A stretch of 64,000 nt of DNA from Chlamydiia bacterium (lineage in GTDB: Bacteria; Chlamydiota; Chlamydiia; Chlamydiales; Rhabdochlamydiaceae). Location: assembly GCA_021324995.1 (NCBI GenBank), contig JAJPIB010000032.1:3671-67670 (forward strand). Direction: 5' to 3'. The notes below the pieces were generated by a model. The model was not told the DNA's origin. It made no database searches and saw only the letters and a list, made by a program, of their open reading frames with translations. Below are positions 38,351-47,300 of this stretch, piece by piece (position 1 is the stretch's first letter; every line of letters begins with the position of its first letter). A program made the position numbers and the translations under genes.

Positions 38351-39697
38351 ATGACAGATGTGAGCAAGATCCATGGCCCTTCTGGCCCTGCAGGAGACTC
38401 GGGAAAAAAAGAAAAGTCTTCAGCAGATATGGACAAGTTCAAGGATGAAATGCGCAAGCGGGTGAACGAAGTTGGTAAAATCGACCCAGATGAGAAAAAA
38501 AAACGGAAACAGCGAGAAGAGGGCGATGAGGAAGATTTTGCAGCGCCTCAGCAGGGTACGCCGACGCCAGCTGATCAAGTCACTCCTTTTTCCCTAGAAA
38601 AAGAAGCTAAAAAAATTAGCCCAGCTGATATGCAAAAAGAAGGGCCCGGGGTTTCTCCTCTCAAAGCAGCTCAGCCGACTCCGCCTAATGCCCGACCTTC
38701 TTTCTTCCAAGCCCCTTCATCGGAAGAGCTGTCGGATGATTCTGGAATGCTTGAAGAAGAGTCGTTTCGATCTCCACCCTCGTATGGCAGTGCGCCCCAG
38801 CCCGGTGTACGACAGCAAAGTTCCTGGAATGCGGGGGCACAAAACCCGCCGATTGGACCTCCTGAGTCAAATCAGCAGTATCCCGAATCAAGACCCTCCC
38901 AACCCTCTCGGCAATCCCCTGTAGGCCCACCACAAACGCGTAAAGAAGAGCGTTTAGAGATGCCGCAAAAAATAGAGCCTCCTTCTAAACAGAGAGAATC
39001 TCAAGGGTATACCGCAGAATCTTTGAAGGATACTCAGGAACCCAAAGAGCAGGACGCTCTCTTTTTTGAACAGATGGGGAAAGACAAAGAGGGGCAAAAA
39101 AGCGAAGTAGAAGAAAAAAAATCGGAAGAAACCGAAGCGGGGAATTTTCCCATAACAGGCACCCCTTCTCCTACCCCATTTTCCGCGATCGAAGAGGAGA
39201 AAACCGAGGACAAGGATAAAATCGCCTCACCAGATGCAGCGACATTTTCTTCGGGAAGTGCTGAACCTCAGTTAGTTCCGCCAGCCGCCCCGGCTCCGGA
39301 AAGTTTGCCGCCTTACGCGCTCCTGAATCCACAAATCCAGGAAATGTTTGATCGAATGGTGGGCGTAATGACGGTCATGACTCAATCGGGGATGACAGAA
39401 ACGACCTTCACTTTAAATTCTCCGCAATTTGCTTCTTCTGTTTTTTTCGGAACTCAAATTATAATCCAGGAGTTTAGTACTGCTCCCCAAGCTTTTAATA
39501 TCCAAATCAATGGTGCTCCTCAAGCCATAGGACTGCTTCAAAATAATGCTGATGAGTTAATGGCCGCCTTTCAGGCGGGCAATTATGGCTTCCGCGTGAA
39601 TCGTTTGGAAACAGGCTATTTGGGTTCGCGCCCTCTTATCAAGCGTAAAGAAAAAGCGGAAGGGGATAAACAAGACCAAACAGGAGACAACCTTTAA
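38351..39697 (+). CDS. sctP: T3SS needle-length regulator SctP-like (CdsP), long form
   Basis: 448 aa. A Pro/Gln/Glu-rich, low-complexity N-terminal region of ~320 aa is followed by a globular C-terminal domain (FTLNSPQFASSVFFGTQIIIQEFSTAPQAFNIQING...). The position matches CT671. Confidence 0.65.
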   Translation: MTDVSKIHGPSGPAGDSGKKEKSSADMDKFKDEMRKRVNEVGKIDPDEKKKRKQREEGDEEDFAAPQQGTPTPADQVTPFSLEKEAKKISPADMQKEGPGVSPLKAAQPTPPNARPSFFQAPSSEELSDDSGMLEEESFRSPPSYGSAPQPGVRQQSSWNAGAQNPPIGPPESNQQYPESRPSQPSRQSPVGPPQTRKEERLEMPQKIEPPSKQRESQGYTAESLKDTQEPKEQDALFFEQMGKDKEGQKSEVEEKKSEETEAGNFPITGTPSPTPFSAIEEEKTEDKDKIASPDAATFSSGSAEPQLVPPAAPAPESLPPYALLNPQIQEMFDRMVGVMTVMTQSGMTETTFTLNSPQFASSVFFGTQIIIQEFSTAPQAFNIQINGAPQAIGLLQNNADELMAAFQAGNYGFRVNRLETGYLGSRPLIKRKEKAEGDKQDQTGDNL

Positions 39698-40389
39698 TGA
39701 GCATTTTATCATCCAATCCCCTGAGGAAATCTTCTCAAACAGATTCCCAGCGGACTGAAGAAAAACCGATTTGCAAGAAAGTTCCTGAAGGTCATTTCCG
39801 AGAGCACCTCCAAGGAGAACGCATTGCTGAAAAACTGCGCGAGAGGAATGTTTTTGCCATGATTGCAGAAGAGAAAGAGGAAGAATCTCAAGAGGCAGAA
39901 GAGATTGTAAACGCTGCGATTCACAGTAGCCAGGCTTGCTCAAGTTTGATCTCTTCTGCAGAATCTAGCTGTGCAAATTCTATCGCTGCAACAAGAGGAA
40001 CGGAACTTTCCTCAGAAATGGAAGCCTTATTTGAAAAAATGGCCTCTTGCATGATTGTGATGAACGCTTCGAATGATGTAGAGACCACACTTTTTCTTGA
40101 TGGCGCGAACTTTGCCTCTTCCTCGCTCTTTGGAGCGCAGATCACGATTAAAGAATTCAGTACCGCTCCAAAGGCATTCAACGTTGAAATCATTTCCAAC
40201 TCAAACGCAGCAGCAATGATTGATGCGGGGAAGGACAATCTACTTTCTCATTTTCAAAAGGGCAATTTTAACTTTAGCGTTCATCGCCTGGATACACACA
40301 TTGCCGAGCTTGGGGATAAGCCTGTTTTCCATCGAAAGGAGAGCATCGGCGATGAGCAAAAAGACTCAAGTGGAGATAGCGGCCAATGA
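39697..40389 (+). CDS. Second SctP-like protein, short form (paralogous C-terminal domain)
   Basis: 230 aa. Its C-terminal TLFLDGANFASSSLFGAQITIKEFSTAPKAFNVEIISN...GNFNFSVHRLDT aligns with the preceding ORF's C-terminal domain. Its start abuts the upstream stop. Confidence 0.55.
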   Translation: MSILSSNPLRKSSQTDSQRTEEKPICKKVPEGHFREHLQGERIAEKLRERNVFAMIAEEKEEESQEAEEIVNAAIHSSQACSSLISSAESSCANSIAATRGTELSSEMEALFEKMASCMIVMNASNDVETTLFLDGANFASSSLFGAQITIKEFSTAPKAFNVEIISNSNAAAMIDAGKDNLLSHFQKGNFNFSVHRLDTHIAELGDKPVFHRKESIGDEQKDSSGDSGQ

Positions 40390-41597
40390 ACCATGCGCCT
40401 CTTAGCTGGATTAAAGAGATCCAACATACATTGATCGATGCCAAAGCGATCCCCTTATTTGGAAATGCTCCCGATTTTCCCTGGGAAAAACTCTCCCATA
40501 AAGTCGCAGACCTTTTACATGCTTCCGAAATGAAGGTCTCTTTGTACAAAACCAGTTTTGTTAAACAGGATGATATCCTTTCAGGGCTTGGAGCCTACCC
40601 CGTTTCCATCGTTTTGCAAGCCACACCTCTGAGTGGCGCAGTTTATTGGGTGATGGGAAAAGAAGACGTCTCCGCATTGACTGCCATGGCATTAACGGAA
40701 AACCACGAAACAAAAGGGTTTTCCTCTTCTAAATTTCAAGAAGGATTTTACTACTATCTCGCTACGCAGATCGTTCAGCTGATCGATGAAATGAACGCCT
40801 TTGGCGACCTATCGATTAAAATCGCAAAGCCTGCCCTCCCCTCGCAAGAAGATGCGCTTTGCATGGATATTGAAATTCAAATCCATAAGCACAAATGCTG
40901 GGGAAGACTCGTCTGCCCAGCTTCTTTTCATGAAGCTTTTAGATCCCATTTCTACTCTCAGACTCCCTCCTTGCTGACGCGCAACAGTGCTAAAAAAATG
41001 GATGTTACTGTCGGCATCGAGCTAGGACATACTGAACTTTCCGTTTCAGAGTGGAAGAAAGTGGGCATTGGAGATTTTATCCTTCTCGACAGATGCACCT
41101 TTGATCCCACGACAAAAAAAGGAACAGCAGCCCTCACGCTGGAAGGTACCCCCCTTATGCGCGTTAGGATCAAAGACAATAGTTTAAAAATTATCGATTA
41201 CGCTTTTTATCGCGAGGAACAAAACCCTATGAATCCCGAAATACCCCCAGATGAAGAAGGACACAACGCACATATGGAATCCGAGGACTTTTCTTCTGCT
41301 GAATTCGACGATGAAAACTCTGATCATCAGGGTGAACATCTTTGGTCGCCAGAAAATGGCGGTGCGGAAAAGCTGATCTCTTCTAAGGAGATCCCGCTAA
41401 CTTTGACTGTAGAGGTAGCGAGAATGCGCATCAATCTCGAAAAGCTAACGCAGTTGTCTCCTGGGAATGTCTTGGAGTTGCCGGTTCGCCCTGAACATGG
41501 GGTCGATATTGTGATCGGTGGCAAAAAAGTAGCAAAAGCAGAGCTTGTCAAGCTCGGCGAAATGTTAGGTATAAAAATCCTGCAGCTTGGGGATTAA
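40386..41597 (+). CDS. sctQ: T3SS cytoplasmic ring / sorting platform protein SctQ (CdsQ)
   Basis: C-terminal SpoA/FliN domain (LTLTVEVARMRINLEKLTQLSPGNVLELPV...DIVIGGKKVAKAELVKLGEMLGIKI). 403 aa. Confidence 0.85.
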   Translation: MNHAPLSWIKEIQHTLIDAKAIPLFGNAPDFPWEKLSHKVADLLHASEMKVSLYKTSFVKQDDILSGLGAYPVSIVLQATPLSGAVYWVMGKEDVSALTAMALTENHETKGFSSSKFQEGFYYYLATQIVQLIDEMNAFGDLSIKIAKPALPSQEDALCMDIEIQIHKHKCWGRLVCPASFHEAFRSHFYSQTPSLLTRNSAKKMDVTVGIELGHTELSVSEWKKVGIGDFILLDRCTFDPTTKKGTAALTLEGTPLMRVRIKDNSLKIIDYAFYREEQNPMNPEIPPDEEGHNAHMESEDFSSAEFDDENSDHQGEHLWSPENGGAEKLISSKEIPLTLTVEVARMRINLEKLTQLSPGNVLELPVRPEHGVDIVIGGKKVAKAELVKLGEMLGIKILQLGD

Positions 41598-41605
41598 CTC
41601 CTTTT

Positions 41606-43201
41606 ATGGCGGAGAGTTCATTTTATAAACAAAACACCATGCCGGATTTGATCACGGGAGAAAAAGATCCTGAACTCCCTCCCATGATCGGCCCTTATAA
41701 AATTGAATGCCTTTTAACAAAAGGAGGAATGAGTCTTTTATATCTCGGTCTTGATCCCGAAACAAAAAAAACCTTAGCCATCAAAGTTCTATCTCCCTCT
41801 CATGTCGCCCACCCTGAAGTCGTGCGGCAGTTTCTGCAAGAAGCTAAAGTCATCGCTCTGACTAACCATCCCAATATTGTTAAACTTTACGGTCAAGGTG
41901 AATGGGAAAAAGGTCTTTACATCGCGATGGAGCTCATCCAAGGTATCTCCCTGAGACAATTTATTCTGCAGCACTCCCTCTCGATCAGAAGAACTCTAGA
42001 AATTGTCCTTCAAGTCGCTTACGCTCTCCTCCATCTCCATTCGCATGGCGTGATTCATCGCGATCTTAAGCCAGAAAACATTTTGATTACCGAAGAAGGT
42101 GAAATCAAAGTCATCGACTTTGGAATTGCACAGCTCCACGAAGAAAGGGAAAAAAAATCAGACATATCCCGTTTTTTAGGAACTCCTAATTACATGAGCC
42201 CCGAGCAAAAAGAGAATCCCTCCTCTGTAACATTTGCATCCGACATCTATTCTCTCGGCGTCATCCTCTATGAGCTTATTTCTGGAAAGCTGAGTTATGG
42301 AATGATCAATATGACAGCTTTTCCAAAGGGGTTGAAAAAAATAGCTTCTAAAGCCCTCGCTGTCTCCGTCGAAGAGCGCTACCAAAATATCTCAGAATTT
42401 ATTCAGGATATCTCGCATTACTTGACCTCCAAAGATCTCGACAAGGAGCGCCCAGGTGGAGACCAAGCTAAAGAATTGATGGAAAAGGTTCTCAAGGCAA
42501 ATCTTGACCTCTCTCCTCTCGTCTTGCCCCTTTGGCCCCAAATGGATTTAGGGATTGCCAGAGGAAGGGGCTTGCAACAGTTGGGACTCTATTACGACCT
42601 TTTCCGCTTTCCAAACAACACATTCCTCGTCGTGCTGGCAAGCCTTGCTAATCCTGCCATCGAATCCGCAGTAGCAGTCGGCGTTCTTCGCGGGATGATC
42701 AAAATGTCCCTTAACGATCAGATCCATTCCGCCAAATCACCGTTTAAGCTGATTCCCTTTGTGGAAAAGTTGAATGCCCTCCTCTGCGAAGATTCCATGG
42801 GCAACAAATTTGCTGTCAGCCTATTGCTCCTTGACCCCATTGCAGATACAGCCACTTATCTCTCCTGCGGCTTTGGCGATCTCATTCACATCCCTGAAGG
42901 ACAAGTCCACCTGCGCAAACTCTCTTCCCAAAACGAGCTTTTGGGAACATCGACAGCCGTCGAATTTTCCTCAACAACGGACAACTGGAATCCCGGCGAC
43001 ATACTTATTCTTCACACCCTGAGCGCACTTTCCCCTAGCAAGGAAGAGCTCGACACCTCCTTAGCAGAGGCCATTTCTGAAAATTTACTTCTCTCAGCAC
43101 AAAGACAAGCGGAAACAATTCTTAAAAAAGTCTCCTTCTCGCCCGCCTATTCCCGCATCACTTATCCAAAGACCGTACTCTCTATCCAGCGCATCGTTTA
43201 A
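41606..43201 (+). CDS. pkn5: Ser/Thr protein kinase Pkn5-position gene, fused to a degenerate PP2C/SpoIIE-like domain
   Basis: Kinase motifs LAIKVL, HRDLKPENILI, DFGIA and GTPNYMSPE. The C-terminal ~230 aa has a SpoIIE-like layout (YYDLF...FLVVLASL..., FAVSLLLLD...YLSCGFGDLIHI, NPGDILILHT). Confidence 0.85.
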   Translation: MAESSFYKQNTMPDLITGEKDPELPPMIGPYKIECLLTKGGMSLLYLGLDPETKKTLAIKVLSPSHVAHPEVVRQFLQEAKVIALTNHPNIVKLYGQGEWEKGLYIAMELIQGISLRQFILQHSLSIRRTLEIVLQVAYALLHLHSHGVIHRDLKPENILITEEGEIKVIDFGIAQLHEEREKKSDISRFLGTPNYMSPEQKENPSSVTFASDIYSLGVILYELISGKLSYGMINMTAFPKGLKKIASKALAVSVEERYQNISEFIQDISHYLTSKDLDKERPGGDQAKELMEKVLKANLDLSPLVLPLWPQMDLGIARGRGLQQLGLYYDLFRFPNNTFLVVLASLANPAIESAVAVGVLRGMIKMSLNDQIHSAKSPFKLIPFVEKLNALLCEDSMGNKFAVSLLLLDPIADTATYLSCGFGDLIHIPEGQVHLRKLSSQNELLGTSTAVEFSSTTDNWNPGDILILHTLSALSPSKEELDTSLAEAISENLLLSAQRQAETILKKVSFSPAYSRITYPKTVLSIQRIV

Positions 43202-44183
43202 TGATTGTTATCACTAAAGCTTTATTTCCACTGAAATAATCGCAGTTATCTGGAACTTCCAGCACAATTTCCTCTTCGTGAAAATCGAGATAAGGATTAG
43301 CGATAATTTCGCTCACAAATCGATCATCCTCATATTTAGATGTCGGACTGCTCAAGAAGCAGGAAAAGCGCGATCCATTGCGCATGTGCGACTTCAAGCA
43401 TTCGCTTAAAAAAAGATATAAACGATCACCTTTGTCGGAAAACACAAACGGTTCTTCGGCTTTTTTAAAAAGCGCATTTACTTCCTTTTCGCTCAACATC
43501 TCTTCTTTCACAAGAAAGTCGATTTTACTTTTAAGCTGTTCAGCTGTGATTTGACCGCGCTGGGAAAGCTCGCTTAAGAACCGAGCTAACTGCATCGCCT
43601 CTGTCTTTTCTTTCAGAGGAACCTCTTTCATGAGGTAGGCGAGATCGTCATCGGAATACTTGATTTCTTTCAAAAAAGGAACCGCCTCTTCTGCAGCTCG
43701 AATGACCGAGCCTCCTTGTTGCAGGACAAGATGAGAATGTGCGCTATCTTCTTGCATTTTTTGCATTTCTTCTTCGCTTTGCAACGGATAATCGTCGAAG
43801 AAAATACAATCGAATATACCCAGCTTCGGCAATGCGTTCTGCCATGTCTCTTCAATGATTGTCACATTAGGATAGTTTTTCGCCCATTCCCTTGCTTTTT
43901 TGGCCACTTCAGGATGGAATTCGATGATCGTATGACTTTTTGGATGAAAACTCTGAATGCGCTCTGCGGAATAGGCCAGGCCAAAGCCCACTTCTAATAC
44001 ATCGCCAAAAGGTTTCAGTGCATCGATACAAGCGTGCATATAAGGTTTTTCCCATTCCATCATCACCTGGAATTTCCCATCCTTAAGCAATACTTCTTTT
44101 CCTTGCTCGTCTCTACAGTAATGCATCTTACAGTGTAAAAAATCTTGGGCCATGTGGTGAAACTCCCGTTTACAATAATCCAA
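43182..44183 (-). CDS. Class I SAM-dependent methyltransferase, GAMT/RMT2-like
   Basis: MMEWEKPYMHACIDAL...GDVLEVGFGLAYSAERIQ...IIEFHP...FDCIFFDDYP and C-terminal LEVPDNCDYFSGNKALVITIIK resemble guanidinoacetate N-methyltransferase. A helical insertion of ~100 aa is present. Confidence 0.7.
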   Translation of the reverse strand: MDYCKREFHHMAQDFLHCKMHYCRDEQGKEVLLKDGKFQVMMEWEKPYMHACIDALKPFGDVLEVGFGLAYSAERIQSFHPKSHTIIEFHPEVAKKAREWAKNYPNVTIIEETWQNALPKLGIFDCIFFDDYPLQSEEEMQKMQEDSAHSHLVLQQGGSVIRAAEEAVPFLKEIKYSDDDLAYLMKEVPLKEKTEAMQLARFLSELSQRGQITAEQLKSKIDFLVKEEMLSEKEVNALFKKAEEPFVFSDKGDRLYLFLSECLKSHMRNGSRFSCFLSSPTSKYEDDRFVSEIIANPYLDFHEEEIVLEVPDNCDYFSGNKALVITIIKRCAG

Positions 44184-44332
44184 AAAGTATTTTAGGATTC
44201 GTTACATGTCATTTTAATTTTAGGCGCTGAAGCCCTGAAAAGCATTTTTTTTAAAAAGGTTAGAAAAAGCTTAAGGGGAAATCCCTTCCCTAAGGCAGTT
44301 TTCAACGACATAATACTGGGGTCTTTTAAGCT

Positions 44333-47300
44333 ATGCAACAATTTCGGAAGCGCTACTGGTATAAAGTTGCCCTGTGTGCATCCTACATTCCACTGATCTA
44401 CTCACCCATTGCCTACACAGCGAATGTCGAGGGAAAATTTATTGAAGCAGCTATCCCGTCAAGTATCGACGTTGATAAGGATACTTACACCGCCAATTTC
44501 AATAACCTCTCGATTATTGAGTTCATCCGTTTTGCGAGCAAAATCACCGGATTGAATTTTGTTTTTCAAGAAGCTGACCTCCAATTCACAGTGACAATCT
44601 TCTCCGAAGAGCCTGTGACTGCAAAGAATATGATGACCGTTCTTTCTCAAGTATTGCGCACCCACAATTTAATTTTACTCGAACAAGACGGCAATGTTCT
44701 AATCACGACAAGCACGAATGTCAACCAAATACCCACCATTGTTTCGGCGGATCTTCCTGAATCACGCGCCGGTAATGCTGCACTCATCACGCGCATTTTT
44801 AGAATCAAAAATGCCAATGTCAATTCGATCGCCAACATTATTCGACCAATGACATCGCAAGGTGCTTTGATCGAAGTTTCCGTTGAAACACGGCAACTTA
44901 TCGTTACTGATATCACTACAAATGTCGAACAAATCGCCATTTTGCTCGGCAGCTTGGATGCCCCGCACACGCCCCTTGACGTCGATACCTACATCGTGCG
45001 CAATATTTCTCCACAGGATTTAATTCAACTTACTCAGCAGATTCTAAATCCCTTCGCCGAAGGCAACCCTCTCATTTTCGTTCCTCAAGCAGAAACGAAC
45101 TCCATCTACATTGTTTCAACACCCTATCTGATTGATCGCGCAATGACGGTGATGGAGGATCTCGATATTCCAACAAAACCTGTTCAAATTGGAAAACCTG
45201 CACTGACTGGCAAGGATATTTTCATTTACAAGCCGATTTATCTCTCTGCTTCCGACTTGCTCGAAGAACTGGCTCAAATTGCTTCCCAGCTAAAAAAAAC
45301 GGGGGGAGCGCGGTCAGATCTTGAAATGGCCATCGATGACGCTACGGAAGTTAAAGATACAGGTTCGGTGATGTTTGTTGCTGATACGCAAACAACGGTA
45401 AAGATTAAAGATATCCTTGCAGCAATCGACAACAACCCCTATATCACCCATGGTGGCGAGCGTTCAAAATCCACATTCTTAGCCTATCAGCCTGTTTATC
45501 GCTCGGGAGAAGAACTTGTGACAGAACTGAACGATTTAGAAAAAAGCCTTAAACAATCTGGACTGGCAAATCCACTTTTGCTTGCGACCTTAGATTCGAT
45601 GAAATGGGTGGCGACAGCAGAAACTCTGATTTTTACTGGAGACCCTCAATCCATTGAGCGTATTCAGGGGATTTTAAAATCGATGGATGCGCCAACGCCC
45701 TATGTGAAATCCTCCCAGATCTTCATCTACAAACCGCTTTACAATGCCCATGATCAGATCCTGATCGCGCTTAATGCCCTGATTCCTGCCCTTCAAAAGA
45801 CCAACACAATGGCGGATGATAATTTGATAGCAGCGATCAAAGAAATGCAATGGAATTCCGAGACACAATCCTTTCTGATCATTTCGGATCCGGCTTCCAT
45901 TGAGCGCCTTAAAGAGCTATTTGCTTCGATTGACGCACCTATTCAGGGGATGGGTCCCGGACCCAAAGAATTTTACGTGTATAAGCTTGAGCATGCCCAG
46001 TGTGAGGCTCTGCTTACCGAATTGAAAAGCGTTGCAAAAAAAATGCCTGTCAACTCTCTTCAAGGGCAAAATCTCATAGCAGCAATTGAACGCATTGAAT
46101 GCATCCAGTCTAACAATTCCCTGCTCATTACAGGAACAACTGAGATCATCGACCAGATCAAAACGCTTATCACCGAGTTCGACTCCAGTTCAGCAACAGG
46201 GATTTCTGCTGGCGCTCATTCTTTCTTGATCTACAAACCTAAATACCTGCCCGCATCGCAAATCCAAACAGCGCTGACAGATTTATCCAGCGATCTAGCT
46301 GCATCTGGGCTCAATGATCCGCAGCTTTTTAGGACGATCGATACCATGCGGTACGTCGAACAGACAAATTCGCTCATCTTTACGGGAACGCAGGAAGGAC
46401 TCGATAAAACGCAAAACCTCATCAATACCATCGATACGAGCGCAGCGCTAGGCTCGATCCAAAACATTGGCAATATCACTTTCTTCCTATACAAAGTCCA
46501 ATCAGCCTCCCCCGATAAACTTGTCCATTCACTCAAAAATTTTGCGGCAGATTTAAAACAATCCAATATTGAGGACAAACATCTCGCTGAAGCTATCAAC
46601 ACGGTAAAATGGATTAAAGAAACGAATTCCTTAATGTTCACAGGGACTCCCGATGCCCTTGAGAAAATAGAACAACTTGTCAAAAAGTTCGATTTACCCT
46701 CCTTAGGTGGCCCAACACAAATCGAGCGCGCCGCCCCCGTCTTTACGATTTATAACCCCAAATATGTCGATGGCGATGAGCTCATTTCCATTCTCTGCGA
46801 TTTCATGGAAAACCTCATGTCCTCCGGCGTCTCCGACCCAGGGCTATTCGATACGATCAACAATTTGAAATGGATCGCCAAAACCTCGTCTCTGCTAGTT
46901 TCAGGCGATCAAGCCTCAGTCGACAAGGTACAGCAACTTCTCGTCAAATTCGATATTCCTAACAAGGACATTGCAACACCATCTATCGAATCGATCGACA
47001 ACACCAGCTTCCTCGTTTACAAGCTGCAATTCCACCCCGGCAATGACATCCAAAGAGCGCTCCAGCAAGTGGCGACAAGCCTTAGCAAAGGAGGCAATTC
47101 ACCTGTAGCCCTCGTCGATGCCATCCATTCGCTGCAATGGATCCAAGTGACTAACTCCCTTCTCTGCTCCGGTCAGCAAGATGTGCTTGTCAAATTGAAA
47201 GAACTGATCCAAAACCTCGATGTTCCCTTGCGCCAGGTATTCATTGAAGTCCTTGTCATCCAGACAACCCTCACCAACCAACAGAACTTTGGCTTGATGT

